From assembly GCA_021604525.1 (NCBI GenBank), contig BQJD01000014.1, positions 4,256 to 68,255 on the forward strand: a DNA stretch of 64,000 nt. Reading direction: 5' to 3'. This DNA comes from a marine bacterium B5-7 (GTDB lineage: Bacteria; Pseudomonadota; Gammaproteobacteria; Arenicellales; CAJQKF01). Under the pieces are notes generated by a model that ran no database searches, was not told the DNA's origin, and saw only the letters and a list, made by a program, of their open reading frames with translations. The position numbers and the translations under genes are program-made. Of the stretch, positions 31,236 to 43,362 are shown piece by piece; within the stretch, counting starts at the first letter, position 1, and the number at the start of each line of letters is the position of its first letter.

Positions 31236-33419
31236 ATGGCAACGACGAGTCAATACAAGCCGCTTGAAGATCTGGATGGGGCGAGCGGGAACGAACCGTT
31301 TGACGATCTCGGCGACACTGGCGACATGAATATGGACAGTGAATCCGTCAGCCACTCACACGACAGTGAAACTGAGCGACCTGCGGTTTCCACTATAAAG
31401 CGCCGTTCGAAACGTCGTGGCGGACGATTCATCGTGTTTCTGCTGGCCTTGTTGTTGGTATTCGCGGTGGGTGCGCTGGTGGTGAACGTAACCCTCGAAG
31501 CACGACGCAGTGCCATTGAAGCCAATCAGGTGGAGATCAGTTCACGTCTGTTGATGTTGTCGCAGCGACTTTCAAGACAGGCCCGCGAGGCAACGCTTGG
31601 CGACCCGGCCGCATATCCAGGGCTCGAGGATTCGCGCGATGCGGTAAATGGAATTTTGGCCGCGCTGGATCTGGGTGATAGCGAGATTGATATCGAGCCG
31701 CTTGTGGGCGAATCACGACTCCTTTTGCAAGCGGTCAGTGGAACCTGGCAATCGGTCCGCGGCAACACCGAGACGATTCTTGGAAATCGTGACGCGGTAT
31801 TGTCAATTCGTGAAGCTCGCGATACCGTTAATGAGCTGGTTCCATTACTGCTCGCACAATCCGACGAAGTCGTCGAGGAAATGGTTGTTGAGCAGGCCGA
31901 TGCGTCGCTGATTAATCTTGCCGGCCGGCAGCGAACGCTGACTCAGCGTATACGTGCGTCAGTCAATGAGTTTGCGTTGGGCGAATCCGGGGCTGAAGTG
32001 GCGGCAACCCAGTTTGGTCGCGATCTCAGATTGTACGGGCGTACCGTGCGACTACTTGAAAGTCGGGTATCACCACCCGTAGCTGCCAAGCTGGATAGTT
32101 TGAAGGCGACTTATCAGGAACTTTCCTCTGCTATCGAACAGGTTCTTGGCGGTGTCGCAGAATTTTTCTCGGCGCAGGTTGCCGCACGAGCAATCAACGC
32201 CGAATCGGATGTGTTACTGGAACAGTCACAGCGTCTGGTTCGCTCGATCTCGGACTCGACTCCGCTACCGCTGGTTGAGGAATATGTGCCCGCGAATGTC
32301 GATGCGAATCTCGTCTTCAAATGGCTGCCGTGGGTACTTGGCGCGCTCAGTCTGTTGCTGCTATACATACTCATAAGGATTTTCCTGGGTCGTGCCCAAA
32401 CCGAGGCTCGCGAGAGTACCGAGGAAAACCAGCAGAGCCAGGAAGCTATCATGAAATTGCTCGATGAGATGAGTGATCTGGCTGATGGCGACCTGACGAT
32501 CGAGGCTGAAGTAACCGACCAGATAACCGGTGCGATTGCCGACTCGGTTAACTTTGCGGTTGAAGAAATGCGTAACCTGGTGCGCCGTATTAAAAGTGCT
32601 GCGGAAGCAGTAACAATGGAAACCAGTGGTTCCAGGCAAACCGCTGATAGTCTCGCCCAATCGGCAGACCAGCAGCTCCAGGCAATCAATACGGCAACCC
32701 GCGAAATCCAGCTCATGGCGCAGTCGATGCAGGAACTGTCATCCGATGCCAATCGCTTCACCGAGGTGGCCCGCAGCTCCCGTGATGTCGCCAAACGGGG
32801 TGCTTCTTCGGTACGCCAGACGATCCAGGGCATGAATGACATGCGCCAGCAAATTCAGGAGACGGCAAAGCGTATCAAGCGTCTTGGCGAAAGTTCCCAG
32901 CAGATCAACGACATCGTGTCACTGATCACCGACATTGCCGAGCAAACCAACGTACTATCGCTTAACGCCTCGATTCAGGCTGCCATGGCAGGCGAGGCGG
33001 GTCGTGGATTCGCTGTCGTAGCTGACGAGGTGCAGCGTCTGGCTGATCGTTCAGGACAGGCGTCACGGCAGATCAACGAACTGGTCAATACCATTCAACG
33101 CGATACTAACGACGCGGTCAGCTCCATGGAACAGGCCACCCGTGAAGTGGTCGAAGGCACAAACCTGGCCGATGCTGCCGGCCGTGCACTGGTCGAGATC
33201 GAGCAGGAGTCCGAGCAGCTTACCAATCTGATTCAGGAAACCGCGACCAAGACACTGACCCACTCGAAGACCGCTGCCGATGTATCGAATCGAATGACGA
33301 CCATTCGCAAGACGACCGAAGATGCGGTACAGGGTGTGCGCCGTACTGCTCAGTCGATAAGTAACCTGGACAAGGTGGCGCGCGAACTCGAAGAATCCGT
33401 TAGCGGATTCAAGGTCTGA
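31236..33419 (+). CDS. pilJ: Methyl-accepting chemotaxis-type receptor PilJ
   Basis: 727 aa with an acidic cytoplasmic N-tail, TM, a large periplasmic domain and a second TM/HAMP. Highly conserved MCP signalling hairpin ([37 protein letters not shown]). Confidence 0.9.
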   Translation: MATTSQYKPLEDLDGASGNEPFDDLGDTGDMNMDSESVSHSHDSETERPAVSTIKRRSKRRGGRFIVFLLALLLVFAVGALVVNVTLEARRSAIEANQVEISSRLLMLSQRLSRQAREATLGDPAAYPGLEDSRDAVNGILAALDLGDSEIDIEPLVGESRLLLQAVSGTWQSVRGNTETILGNRDAVLSIREARDTVNELVPLLLAQSDEVVEEMVVEQADASLINLAGRQRTLTQRIRASVNEFALGESGAEVAATQFGRDLRLYGRTVRLLESRVSPPVAAKLDSLKATYQELSSAIEQVLGGVAEFFSAQVAARAINAESDVLLEQSQRLVRSISDSTPLPLVEEYVPANVDANLVFKWLPWVLGALSLLLLYILIRIFLGRAQTEARESTEENQQSQEAIMKLLDEMSDLADGDLTIEAEVTDQITGAIADSVNFAVEEMRNLVRRIKSAAEAVTMETSGSRQTADSLAQSADQQLQAINTATREIQLMAQSMQELSSDANRFTEVARSSRDVAKRGASSVRQTIQGMNDMRQQIQETAKRIKRLGESSQQINDIVSLITDIAEQTNVLSLNASIQAAMAGEAGRGFAVVADEVQRLADRSGQASRQINELVNTIQRDTNDAVSSMEQATREVVEGTNLADAAGRALVEIEQESEQLTNLIQETATKTLTHSKTAADVSNRMTTIRKTTEDAVQGVRRTAQSISNLDKVARELEESVSGFKV

Positions 33420-33470
33420 CCTGGAATTGACCAGTTTGGCCGTACATCCGGGTAATCGAAGGCAGGCTGC

Positions 33471-36400
33471 GTGATGAGCACACTTCCGACAATTGATTCG
33501 GGAACCCTTGGCTGGGTTAAATCCGAAATCGAGGACACCGCCGCCCAGGCTCGCAGTCTACTCGATCAATTTGATTCTGACGCCAGCGACCGTTCACTGA
33601 TGCGTATGTGCAGCACCCATCTGCATCAGATTTACGGCACCCTAACCATGGTGGAACTGGACGGTGCGGCGCGTTTGATTAGCGAATCCGAACAGCTAAC
33701 GCAGAAAATTGCCGAAGGTAAAATCGAGTGGCAGGCGCAGACCGGGTCAACGCTCAGACGCAGTCTTGACGATCTGACGAGTTACCTCGAAGGGTTGCAG
33801 TCGCCACCAGTGCCTTCGCCACTCCAGTTGATCGAGTCGATAAATCGTGTTCGCGCAACTCGCGAGGCAGAAGCCATATCGGAGTTGGAGCTGTTTGCCC
33901 CGGATTTGTCAGCGCGTCCACCGGACCCGACCAGTCAGGTGAAGTTCGAGTCGTCGTTATTCCTGGAGCTTGCCAATGATCTTCGAATACATTTCGAGCG
34001 GGCGTTGTTAACGCTACTGCGAAATTCTGAAGATCGCGATGCCATTAATGAAATCTCCCGTGTTTTAAAGCACCTGTTATCAATCGACCGGCGTGCGTCT
34101 TTGCGTCAACTGTGGTGGATTGCAAGCGGAATTTCCGAAGTGCTACTGGATGGCTCAGTGGTGATGAACGATGAAATTCGCCAGATTTTCGCGCAGGTCA
34201 ACGAACAACTTAAACGATTGCAGGAAAAATCCCAGTCGTCCAGACGTCGCGCTCCGCCGGATGATCTCATCAAGCGCGCGCTGCTGGTTTTAGCTCGAAG
34301 TGGAGGCACTGGGCCGACGGTGTCCAGTATTCGCGAACGCTTTGGCCTGGATGACTGGATCCGCAAGGAGTCGTCTGGTGCGATGCCGGACATCAATCAA
34401 TTAAGCAGCGGACTAACGATATTTTCTTCCGAGTCGGAAGTCGATTTGCGACAAGCCCAGAGTCTGTTGGCACGGTATTTTTCGCCTCAGGGTGGTAATA
34501 CACAAACCCTTGAGCGTTTGGCAACCCGACTGCAGTCTTTGAAACAGGCGGCAGAGCGAAACAACATTAACATCATGGCGCGTTTACTAAACGCCCTGCT
34601 GACAATTGTCGATGGACTTGGTAACAAGAAAATTGATGATCTTGATGCCGCTTCGATGCAGATAGCCAGCTCGTTGCTGTTTATTGAGGACAGCACCACC
34701 GGTGTCAGGCCCGGGGTCGAATGGCACGCTCAAGCGGAAGCAACAATTTCTTCGCTCAAGTCACTTGGCACGAATACAGATGATCTATCTGTAAAGGATT
34801 CAGGTGTTCACGAAGTCGCTGTCGGCACGGCTACGCCTGCTCGTGGGATGGGTGATGACAAGGTCATTCGGGCAGCCGCATCCGAGGTCAGCGGCGAACT
34901 GCAGTATGTAGAGCATACCCTTGAGAAAGTCGCCACTGGTGAGGTGCCAAGTGCAAACCTTAAATCAGTCGAGCCACATTTAAAACGCATTGAGGGCACC
35001 CTCGAAATTCTCGAGCATGCCGATGTTGCAGCTCTGGCCGAACAACTTCGCCTGAGCCTGCATCAGTTGGTTGAAGATGACGCCGTCGATACGCGCGGGC
35101 TGGATGCTCTCGCCATGGCTGTCGGTACCATCAGTCTTTGCGCCGAGCAAATCGGTAAGGGCAGTAACCTCAACGACCTTGCATCGACAATCACCCGGGC
35201 AAAAACCGAGCTGCAAAGTCTTGGCGGGACTCAGGCAGCCGGATTGGGAGAAGACCGCTCATCGGTTCACCTTGATCTGGTTCGTGGTAGTGCTAATAAA
35301 TCGAATAATCGATCGGATGATCTTGCGCTTGATTTCGATGATGGCCTTGAACTTGATACGGACCCACTTGTAACAGCCAACTTGCCGTTAGCGGATGTTG
35401 TTGATGACCAGGAGGACGAACTGGTCACGGTGTTCTTTGAAGAGGCGCGCGAGATTGATGAGGAGATCACCAGCGCAAAACATCGTTGGCAGGAGGAGCC
35501 TGATAATTTCGAGACGCTGAAAGCATTGCGACGCGGATTTCACACCTTGAAAGGTGGCGGTCGTTTTATCGGCGCCGGGTCCATAGCTGAACTGTCATTC
35601 GTTGCGGAAGACCTTCTGAACAGCGTACTCGAAGGTGACGTCATCCCGTCAAGCGGCATCCACTCATTCGTTGACAAAGTCCACCAACGTCTGACACAAC
35701 TGATTCACGCACGCGATATTGGTAGTGATCTCGATTTGACTCCCTGGCAAGCGCGAGCCGGGGCATTGAAAAATGCCTCAGTCGAAAGTGCGGACATCGA
35801 TACAGACAGTGCTCTTGATATCAATCTTTCAGAGCCTCGGACAATGCGCCCTGCTGTGGGAATAGCCGATACCCGTCAGGCGTCTGATACAACAGAGGTT
35901 GACTCGGTATTTCGCGATGAGCTTGATGGCCATATTCAAGTCATCGTCGATAGCGTCGCCGACGCCCGGCAAAGCTTCCCCAATTGGCAGCCCCCGGATG
36001 TGTTATTGCGCACCGCACATACGTTGCGCGGAGTGTTTCGTTCCGTGGGTCTCAATGCCTGTGCGCGAATGGCGGATAGTCTTGATGATCTGTTGAATTT
36101 TCAGCGAAAGTCGACATTGTCTATCCAAGAGGTGGATCTGGTACTGCTTGACCAAAGTGGCCGCCTGATCCGATTCGCCACGGGTAAGCTTGGCGCCGAA
36201 CTGAAACTCGGTGCCGAAGTTGGACTGCAGTTCGACGAACTGGCCGGTGCATTAACACAAAGATTGCGGTTCCTTGAAGCAGCGGCGCCAACAACCGTAT
36301 CGATGGCGCAGCCACCGCCGGTTCCGGCCGATGTTGCGCATGGTACGGCAACGTCGCAAGTCGTCTCGCTGACACTAAAGGACGATGATGCGGATATCGA

Positions 36401-38735
36401 TCTCGTCGATGCTTTTCGCGAGGAAGCGCAAGAAATTCTCGAACGATTTGGTCAGTCGCTCGACCAATGGCGCGAGGGTTCTGCTCTCACCGTTATACTG
36501 CCGGCTATGCGCCGTGAGCTGCATACCTTCAAGGGCGGAGCTCGCACCGTTGGCTGGACCGCATTAGGCGATCTTGCGCATAACACCGAAACCCTGCTGG
36601 AGTTCGATCAGGATGTTAAATCCGGCCCTGATCGCGTCTTTACGCTCGTCCAGGACGTGTACGATCTCGCTGCATCGGTCATTGCATCCAATGAGGAAGT
36701 GCTGCGTAACGATATCGAACGACTCAATCACAACATTCTCGATTTCGATGTCAGCGCGTCGCCTGCTATTGAAACGGTTGATGAAGACGATGCCCGTCGC
36801 CAGCATGACGAATTGTTGAACGTCGCCCTTGATGCAGCAACCGTGGCCGGCAAGTCTCTTGACGAAAAATTGCCAACCTCACCGGCGGTGCTGCTTGAAT
36901 CCGATGCGCGCGTTGTTCGTGTCAATACGGAACTGCTGGATGAACTGGTTAATCATGCCGGTGAGGTAAGTATTCTGAGATCCAGGCTGCAGCAGCAGAT
37001 CTCCACGGTGAAATCCAATCTTGGTGAATTGGGCATGACCGTAAGGCGGTTTCGCGAACAGCTTCGCGATCTTGAGATCGAGTCGGAAGCGCAGATGCTG
37101 GCAAGCAACGAGCGTCTTCGCGAAGATGGCGCGAGTGCGTTTGATCCCCTCGAACTCGACCGTTTCAGCCGTTTGCAAACGGTATCGCGACAGCTTGGCG
37201 AAAGCCTCGGTGAGTTGGCATCGATCCAGGCCGGTATCTCCGAGTTTGCGGGTGATGCGGAAAATACCCTGCAACAGCAGGCACACTTAAGCGAAAGCTT
37301 GCAAGATGGATTGCTGCGAACCCGAATGGTGCCGTTCGCAAGTATTGTCCCAAGGTTGCGTCGACTGACACGACAAACGGGGCGTGAACTCGGCAGCGCG
37401 ATTAATCTGGAAGTACGCGGCGAGAATGTCGAAGTCGACCGTAAAGTGCTCGAGCAAATGAGCGCTCCATTCGAACACATGATCAGAAATGCGATCTCCC
37501 ACGGTATCGAAGAGGCATCTGTGCGTACTGCTGCCTCTAAACCTGAGATTGGCACTATTGTCATGTCGCTTGGTCAGGATGGTAACGATATTGTTATCGA
37601 AATTAGCGACGACGGACGTGGCCTCGACCTCAAAGCAATCGAAGACAAGGCTCGCAACCTGGGTCTGTTGAAGCCGGACCAGCCTCTCGGTGAAGACGAC
37701 CTCATGCGTGTTCTGTCTGCACCGGGCCTGTCTACAGCCAGCAGCCTCACTCGGGTATCCGGCCGCGGTATCGGCATGGATGTGGTAAGCGACATGATTC
37801 GCCAACTTGGTGGATCCATCAATGTCGAGTCGAAGACCGGTAAAGGCGTGACCTTCACTTTACGGCTTCCGGTCACTCTCGCAGTCAGTCATGCGCTGCT
37901 GGTTTATGCCGGTGAGCAAATGTTTGCCGTGCCGGCACGACTTATTGTCAATGTACTGCGTATTCCCGCCGATGATATCGAAGCTTCCGATGCCGAGGCG
38001 GATGGTTATACCTACTATAACGACAGGCGTATCCCGGTACTCAATCTGGCGCATAGGCTGGGTTTGCCATTCCGCGGTTCTGATCGCAATATTGCGCAGG
38101 TCATTGTCGTGCGTTCTGCACGTGGAGAGATCGGCTTGTGGGTAGAATCAATATCAGACACGCGTGAAGTGGTGGTCAAGCCACTCGGCAAGATGCTGCA
38201 GTCAATATCCGGAATAGGTGCGGTTACCTTGCTCGGCGACGGCAGTATCGTATTGATCCTCGATATCCCCGGCCTGTGGCAAAAGCGTACGTTGAGCGTG
38301 ACAGCCGACAGTTATGCAACAGCGCCACGACAATCTGACAATCTCACTGTCATGGTAGTCGATGATTCCATGACGGTAAGAAACGTAATGGGCCGCGATC
38401 TGCAGAACAGCGGCTACGAGGTGATCCTGGCGAAGGACGGCGTAGACGCTATCGAGCAATTGCGTCACACCGTGCCCGATATTCTGCTGGTGGATCTTGA
38501 AATGCCGCGTATGGACGGTTTCGAGCTTACCCGACGGGTGCGTGCCGATAACCAGCTTGGAACTGTGCCGATTCTCATCATTACCTCACGAGCGGGTACG
38601 CGGCATCGTGACCAGGCGATGGGTTTAGGCGCCAATGGATACATGAGTAAACCCTATCGTCTCGATGAACTGGTGAAATCGATCAATTCGTTAACAAATA
38701 ACCCGACACAAATGCCCTTGGAGACTGTTCACTGA
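33471..38735 (+). CDS. chpA: ChpA-type multi-Hpt hybrid histidine kinase (CheA family) with C-terminal receiver
   Basis: 1754 aa with Hpt-like motifs at about nt 33616 (THLHQIYGT), 35538 (FHTLKGGG), 36015 (AHTLRGVF) and 36518 (LHTFKGGA). HATPase N/G boxes (HMIRNAISHG, DDGRGLD, GRGIGMD), a CheW-like domain and a REC (MVVDDS...DLEMPRMDG...SKP). Confidence 0.9.
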   Translation: MMSTLPTIDSGTLGWVKSEIEDTAAQARSLLDQFDSDASDRSLMRMCSTHLHQIYGTLTMVELDGAARLISESEQLTQKIAEGKIEWQAQTGSTLRRSLDDLTSYLEGLQSPPVPSPLQLIESINRVRATREAEAISELELFAPDLSARPPDPTSQVKFESSLFLELANDLRIHFERALLTLLRNSEDRDAINEISRVLKHLLSIDRRASLRQLWWIASGISEVLLDGSVVMNDEIRQIFAQVNEQLKRLQEKSQSSRRRAPPDDLIKRALLVLARSGGTGPTVSSIRERFGLDDWIRKESSGAMPDINQLSSGLTIFSSESEVDLRQAQSLLARYFSPQGGNTQTLERLATRLQSLKQAAERNNINIMARLLNALLTIVDGLGNKKIDDLDAASMQIASSLLFIEDSTTGVRPGVEWHAQAEATISSLKSLGTNTDDLSVKDSGVHEVAVGTATPARGMGDDKVIRAAASEVSGELQYVEHTLEKVATGEVPSANLKSVEPHLKRIEGTLEILEHADVAALAEQLRLSLHQLVEDDAVDTRGLDALAMAVGTISLCAEQIGKGSNLNDLASTITRAKTELQSLGGTQAAGLGEDRSSVHLDLVRGSANKSNNRSDDLALDFDDGLELDTDPLVTANLPLADVVDDQEDELVTVFFEEAREIDEEITSAKHRWQEEPDNFETLKALRRGFHTLKGGGRFIGAGSIAELSFVAEDLLNSVLEGDVIPSSGIHSFVDKVHQRLTQLIHARDIGSDLDLTPWQARAGALKNASVESADIDTDSALDINLSEPRTMRPAVGIADTRQASDTTEVDSVFRDELDGHIQVIVDSVADARQSFPNWQPPDVLLRTAHTLRGVFRSVGLNACARMADSLDDLLNFQRKSTLSIQEVDLVLLDQSGRLIRFATGKLGAELKLGAEVGLQFDELAGALTQRLRFLEAAAPTTVSMAQPPPVPADVAHGTATSQVVSLTLKDDDADIDLVDAFREEAQEILERFGQSLDQWREGSALTVILPAMRRELHTFKGGARTVGWTALGDLAHNTETLLEFDQDVKSGPDRVFTLVQDVYDLAASVIASNEEVLRNDIERLNHNILDFDVSASPAIETVDEDDARRQHDELLNVALDAATVAGKSLDEKLPTSPAVLLESDARVVRVNTELLDELVNHAGEVSILRSRLQQQISTVKSNLGELGMTVRRFREQLRDLEIESEAQMLASNERLREDGASAFDPLELDRFSRLQTVSRQLGESLGELASIQAGISEFAGDAENTLQQQAHLSESLQDGLLRTRMVPFASIVPRLRRLTRQTGRELGSAINLEVRGENVEVDRKVLEQMSAPFEHMIRNAISHGIEEASVRTAASKPEIGTIVMSLGQDGNDIVIEISDDGRGLDLKAIEDKARNLGLLKPDQPLGEDDLMRVLSAPGLSTASSLTRVSGRGIGMDVVSDMIRQLGGSINVESKTGKGVTFTLRLPVTLAVSHALLVYAGEQMFAVPARLIVNVLRIPADDIEASDAEADGYTYYNDRRIPVLNLAHRLGLPFRGSDRNIAQVIVVRSARGEIGLWVESISDTREVVVKPLGKMLQSISGIGAVTLLGDGSIVLILDIPGLWQKRTLSVTADSYATAPRQSDNLTVMVVDDSMTVRNVMGRDLQNSGYEVILAKDGVDAIEQLRHTVPDILLVDLEMPRMDGFELTRRVRADNQLGTVPILIITSRAGTRHRDQAMGLGANGYMSKPYRLDELVKSINSLTNNPTQMPLETVH

Positions 38736-38825
38736 GGCGTGAACAGGTAGAATAGGGCGCGCTGCCGAAGGGTGTGCAATCCGTTCGGCGCTTTGCAAAG
38801 CGTATGCCTTATCTCCAGAGGGATC

Positions 38826-39662
38826 ATGCCCGATCTGAAACGAATTACATCCATTGTTCAGTCAGCCGGCGATCAGTTTCTCCACTATCCCCGGGTGGAT
38901 GATCGAGACGAAACACGCAAGGATGACGGCAGCCTGGTGACTCGAACGGACGCCGCGATCCAGGACTTCATTCAGCATCAGCTCAACGCGCTTTATTCCG
39001 ATATCGCCTTCGTCGGTGAGGAAATGGCTCATGAGACGCAGATGTCGGTGCTCGAGTGCGATAGCGATCGCCTGTGGGTTCTCGATCCCCTCGACGGCAC
39101 CACCAATTTCGTTGCCGGTTTTCCCTTCTACGGTATCTCGTTGGCCTTGATCGAGAACGGCAAGGCGGCCTTGGCAGTGATTCACGACCCGGTACGCGGC
39201 GAGACGTTTACCGCAAATCGCGGGCAGGGTGCCTTCCTGAATAATGTACCGATCAGGCCGCGATCGGTCGATCGCCTCAGTCGATGTGTTGCAAACATCG
39301 ACTACAAACGCCTGACTCGATCGGTGGCGGAACGTCTGGTGCGCTCGCCACCCTACCAGTCGCAGCGAAACCTCGGTTCGTGCGTGCTGGAGTGGTGCTG
39401 GCTTGCAGCCGGCCGTTTTCATTTGTATTTGCACGGTGGGCAAAAACTCTGGGACTTCGCAGCCGGCTCATTGATTCTGGAGGAGGCCGGCGGGCGGGCT
39501 AGAACTTTTGAAGGTGAGAGACTTGACTGCGAATCACTGATGAAACGATCAGTAATCGGTGCGGTATCACCTGAACTTCAGAGACTGTGGAGTGCCTGGA
39601 TCTTTCGGGACGGTTGTCTGGAAAAGCCTGCGGGACGCGTTGGTGCTGTACCTGGAAGATAA
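38826..39662 (+). CDS. Inositol monophosphatase family phosphatase
   Basis: Contains WVLDPLDGTTNF and WDFAAG motifs. The start is trimmed from 38772 to the ATG at 38826. Confidence 0.85.
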   Translation: MPDLKRITSIVQSAGDQFLHYPRVDDRDETRKDDGSLVTRTDAAIQDFIQHQLNALYSDIAFVGEEMAHETQMSVLECDSDRLWVLDPLDGTTNFVAGFPFYGISLALIENGKAALAVIHDPVRGETFTANRGQGAFLNNVPIRPRSVDRLSRCVANIDYKRLTRSVAERLVRSPPYQSQRNLGSCVLEWCWLAAGRFHLYLHGGQKLWDFAAGSLILEEAGGRARTFEGERLDCESLMKRSVIGAVSPELQRLWSAWIFRDGCLEKPAGRVGAVPGR

Positions 39663-39889
39663 CCGTTTCCGTACGATCAGACCGCATTCGTACTGCTTAA
39701 TTTATACATTAGATCAAAAACTTTTACTGGAAGTTCATTTTCGTAATAGGCATATTCGAGGCCACCTTATTTCATTGGCGTTGGTAAGTGATCTGCTTTC
39801 AGGCGGTTGGCGCCGTGGCCTGATCTGTCTCTTTGTGCGGACTTTCCATGCCTTCAAGATCACCCGTTTCAAGAGGAAATTACATCATC

Positions 39890-41911
39890 ATGCCAGATGC
39901 GCAACCGGTCACCGAACCGAATCGTCGGGATAAAGCAAACGCCATTCGGGCTCTCGCCATGGATGCGGTGCAAAAAGCCAGATCGGGTCATCCTGGCGCG
40001 CCTATGGGCATGGCTGATATCGCCGAAGTACTGTGGTGTGACTACCTCAAGCATGATCCTCAAGATCCGCAGTGGCCTGATCGGGACCGCTTCGTCCTCT
40101 CCAACGGCCATGGTTCGATGTTGTTGTACTCACTGCTCCACTTGAGTGGTTATGCGTTGACTATCGATGACCTGAAAGCCTTCAGGCAGCTTCATTCAAA
40201 AACACCGGGTCACCCCGAGTATGGTTATGCGCCGGGTGTTGAAACCACTACCGGACCGCTTGGTCAGGGGTTCACCAATGCCGTTGGCATGGCTATCGCG
40301 GAGAAGGCCTTGGCGGGGCAGTTTAATCGTGAAAACTACCCTGTTGTCGATCATTACACCTACGTCTTCATGGGTGATGGCTGCATGATGGAAGGCATAT
40401 CCCACGAAGCCGCATCGCTGGCGGGAACTCTCGGGCTCGGTAAGCTTATTGCCATCTGGGATGACAACGGTATTTCAATCGATGGTGAAGTGGATGGCTG
40501 GTTCACCGATGATACGCCGGCACGATACCGCGCCTACGGCTGGCAGGTACTGGACAATGTTGACGGGCATGACCCCAAGGCCATTGCTGCTGCCATCGAG
40601 GTTGCTCGTGGTCATGACGCGCAGCCGACGTTGATCTGCTGCAAGACGATCATCGGCTGGGGTTCACCCAATAAGCAGGGTAAGGAATCCTGTCACGGTG
40701 CGCCACTTGGCGACGACGAGATTGCATTGGTTCGCGAAGCCATAGGTTGGCCTTATCCGCCGTTCGAAGTGCCAAAGGCAATCTACGATGCGTGGGATGC
40801 GAAGGTGAGCGGTAGCGCTGCACACAGGGACTGGAGTCAGCGTTTTGAAGCGTATCGTGCTGACTACCCGGAACTTGCGGATGAATTTGAGCGACGGATT
40901 GCTGGCGACCTGCCGGCAGGCTGGTCGAGTGGTGTGGCGAAGTTTGTCGATGACACCCGTCGAGATGCGGCAACCATTGCCAGTCGCAAGGCGTCCCAGA
41001 ATACACTCAACGGATTTGGTCCACTGCTGCCGGAACTCATTGGTGGTTCGGCCGATCTGGCCGGTTCCAACCTCACTCTTTGGTCCGGATCGAGGCCATT
41101 GTCGCGTAGTTGCGATGACGCTAATTATATTTATTTCGGCGTGCGTGAATTCGGCATGTCGGCGATGCTCAACGGCATTGCCCTGCATGGTGGATTCATC
41201 CCCTATGGCGCGACATTCCTGATGTTTTCCGAATATGCTCGAAACGCCTTGAGAATGGCGGCCCTGATGGGTGTCGGCTCGATTTTCGTCTATACCCATG
41301 ACTCGGTCGGCCTCGGTGAAGACGGCCCAACCCATCAGGCCGTGGAGCAGACCGCGACCTTGCGCATGATGCCGCGTATGTCAGTGTGGCGGCCATGCGA
41401 TAGTGTCGAGAGCGCGATAGCATGGCAGCATGCCATTGAACGTCGCGATGGACCGACGTGCCTGCTATTTTCCCGTCAGAATCTACCTTTCCAGGAACGT
41501 TCCGACGATACAGTTGAGGCAATTCATCGCGGCGGATATGTCATCCGGGACTGCCAGGGAACGCCCGAAGCGGTTATCATTGCCACCGGATCGGAGGTGG
41601 CGCTGGCGGTTGACGCGGCCGCGAAACTTACTGAATCCGGGCGTCGGGTTCGAGTGGTATCGATGCCGTCCACTGATGTGTTCGACGCCCAGGACAGCGC
41701 ATGGCGTAATAGCGTGTTACCGGAGACGGTGACCGCTCGAATTGCGGTTGAGGCGGGCGTGTCGGATTACTGGCGTAAATATGTCGGCCTTGAAGGCCGG
41801 GTTGTCGGAATCGATACTTTCGGCGAATCGGGTCCGGCAGATGAAGTGTTCGTGCACTTTGGCTTCACAATCGATAATGTGGTTGCGCAAACGTTAGCGG
41901 TTATCGATTAG
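39890..41911 (+). CDS. tkt: Transketolase
   Basis: Contains [27 protein letters not shown], and a TPP/pyrimidine-binding core. AAGAGGA RBS upstream of the ATG at 39890; the track start at 39833 is an extension. Confidence 0.95.
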   Translation: MPDAQPVTEPNRRDKANAIRALAMDAVQKARSGHPGAPMGMADIAEVLWCDYLKHDPQDPQWPDRDRFVLSNGHGSMLLYSLLHLSGYALTIDDLKAFRQLHSKTPGHPEYGYAPGVETTTGPLGQGFTNAVGMAIAEKALAGQFNRENYPVVDHYTYVFMGDGCMMEGISHEAASLAGTLGLGKLIAIWDDNGISIDGEVDGWFTDDTPARYRAYGWQVLDNVDGHDPKAIAAAIEVARGHDAQPTLICCKTIIGWGSPNKQGKESCHGAPLGDDEIALVREAIGWPYPPFEVPKAIYDAWDAKVSGSAAHRDWSQRFEAYRADYPELADEFERRIAGDLPAGWSSGVAKFVDDTRRDAATIASRKASQNTLNGFGPLLPELIGGSADLAGSNLTLWSGSRPLSRSCDDANYIYFGVREFGMSAMLNGIALHGGFIPYGATFLMFSEYARNALRMAALMGVGSIFVYTHDSVGLGEDGPTHQAVEQTATLRMMPRMSVWRPCDSVESAIAWQHAIERRDGPTCLLFSRQNLPFQERSDDTVEAIHRGGYVIRDCQGTPEAVIIATGSEVALAVDAAAKLTESGRRVRVVSMPSTDVFDAQDSAWRNSVLPETVTARIAVEAGVSDYWRKYVGLEGRVVGIDTFGESGPADEVFVHFGFTIDNVVAQTLAVID

Positions 41912-42099
41912 GTGCACAGCTAGACACGCATCGATATTATCCGATCGTTTAGCCAGATCCATAATTCGATTGGGTAACCTATCAGCTGCTGCGAGAGCCG
42001 CTTAAGCAGGATTTGTGATGGCGGCGTTGCTGGATCAGTTTCCAATTTTTTCAATTTCAAACCCTTATACATTTAAATCAGGTTACACAGGAGTCACCC

Positions 42100-43113
42100 A
42101 TGGCCATCAAGGTTGCGATTAATGGTTTCGGCCGCATCGGACGTAACGTCACGCGCGCGTTGTTTGAAAGCGGACGCCAGGACGAGATAGAGATTGTCGC
42201 TGTTAATGATCTAGGCGATGCAGCGACTAACGCACACCTACTCAAATACGATACTGTGCACGGCCGATTCGGTTTTGACGTCGAGGTTGACGGCGATTGC
42301 TTTGTGGTTGGCGATACACGTGTCAAAGCGTTGGCTGAACGCGATCCCACCAAGCTGCCGTGGAAAGATCTGGGTGTCGATGTGGTGTTGGAGTGCACCG
42401 GGCTTTTCACCAGCAAGGCCAAGGCTGGCGCACATCTGCAGGCTGGCGCCAGTAAGGTTATTATCTCTGCGCCCGGAGGCAAGGATGTTGATGCAACCAT
42501 CGTTTTCGGTGTTAATCACGACGTGCTCAAATCGTCGGACACGGTTATCTCCAATGCCTCCTGTACTACCAACTGCCTGGCGCCGCTGGTCAAACCCTTG
42601 AACGATACCATCGGTCTTGAATGTGGATTGATGACGACCATTCATGCGTATACCAATGATCAGGTGCTGACCGATGTCTATCATTCAGACTTGCGGCGCG
42701 CGCGATCTGCAACCCAGTCCATGATTCCCACCAATACCGGCGCAGCAGCAGCCGTTGGCCTGGTGCTGCCGGAGTTGAACGGCAAACTGGACGGCTTCGC
42801 GGTGCGTGTGCCGACTATCAACGTATCAATGGTTGATCTTACCTTTCATGCCAAAAGGGCCACCAGTGTCGACGAGGTTAATGAGATCATGAAAGCTGCC
42901 TCGCAAGGCGAGCTGAAAGGTATCCTCGCGTACAACGACTCTCCCCTGGTGTCGGTTGATTTCAACCATTCTGCGGTCTCGTCAACCTACGATTCATCAA
43001 TGACCCGGGTAGTCGGTGGAACCACGGTCAAGGTCTGTTCCTGGTACGACAACGAGTGGGGCTTTTCCAATCGCATGATCGACACGACCATCGCATTGAT
43101 GAATGCGGCTTGA
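42100..43113 (+). CDS. gap: Glyceraldehyde-3-phosphate dehydrogenase
   Basis: 337 aa with INGFGRIGR, the active site SCTTNCLAP, and WYDNEWGFS. Confidence 0.95.
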   Translation: MAIKVAINGFGRIGRNVTRALFESGRQDEIEIVAVNDLGDAATNAHLLKYDTVHGRFGFDVEVDGDCFVVGDTRVKALAERDPTKLPWKDLGVDVVLECTGLFTSKAKAGAHLQAGASKVIISAPGGKDVDATIVFGVNHDVLKSSDTVISNASCTTNCLAPLVKPLNDTIGLECGLMTTIHAYTNDQVLTDVYHSDLRRARSATQSMIPTNTGAAAAVGLVLPELNGKLDGFAVRVPTINVSMVDLTFHAKRATSVDEVNEIMKAASQGELKGILAYNDSPLVSVDFNHSAVSSTYDSSMTRVVGGTTVKVCSWYDNEWGFSNRMIDTTIALMNAA

Positions 43114-43362
43114 TAAAACCTGGTTGACACTGGCGCATTAGAGCCCGCTATTGCAACGCTCATGTAATGGTATGTACACAGAGTTTCAATTCGCGGGTTT
43201 TAATATCAATAGTATTCAGCCTTGAATGTTTCAGCGAAGAGAGAACGAACGGGTAATCCGATTTCCATTTCAGGTTAGTCTACTTTGTGAATTCTTCGAA
43301 GATCATCATTGATTTATTACTGCCGCGTGTACCCGGTAGGCATATTACGGATAGATAGAATC

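Noticed and set aside
32114-32842. 242-aa minus-strand ORF
   Set aside because: It is antisense to pilJ, and its Ser/Arg-rich low-complexity translation is typical of a shadow frame.
36953-37805. Minus-strand ORFs of 203 aa and 172 aa inside chpA
   Set aside because: They are antisense to the kinase core of chpA (N/G boxes read clearly on the plus strand).
40664-41335. 223-aa minus-strand ORF
   Set aside because: It is antisense to transketolase.
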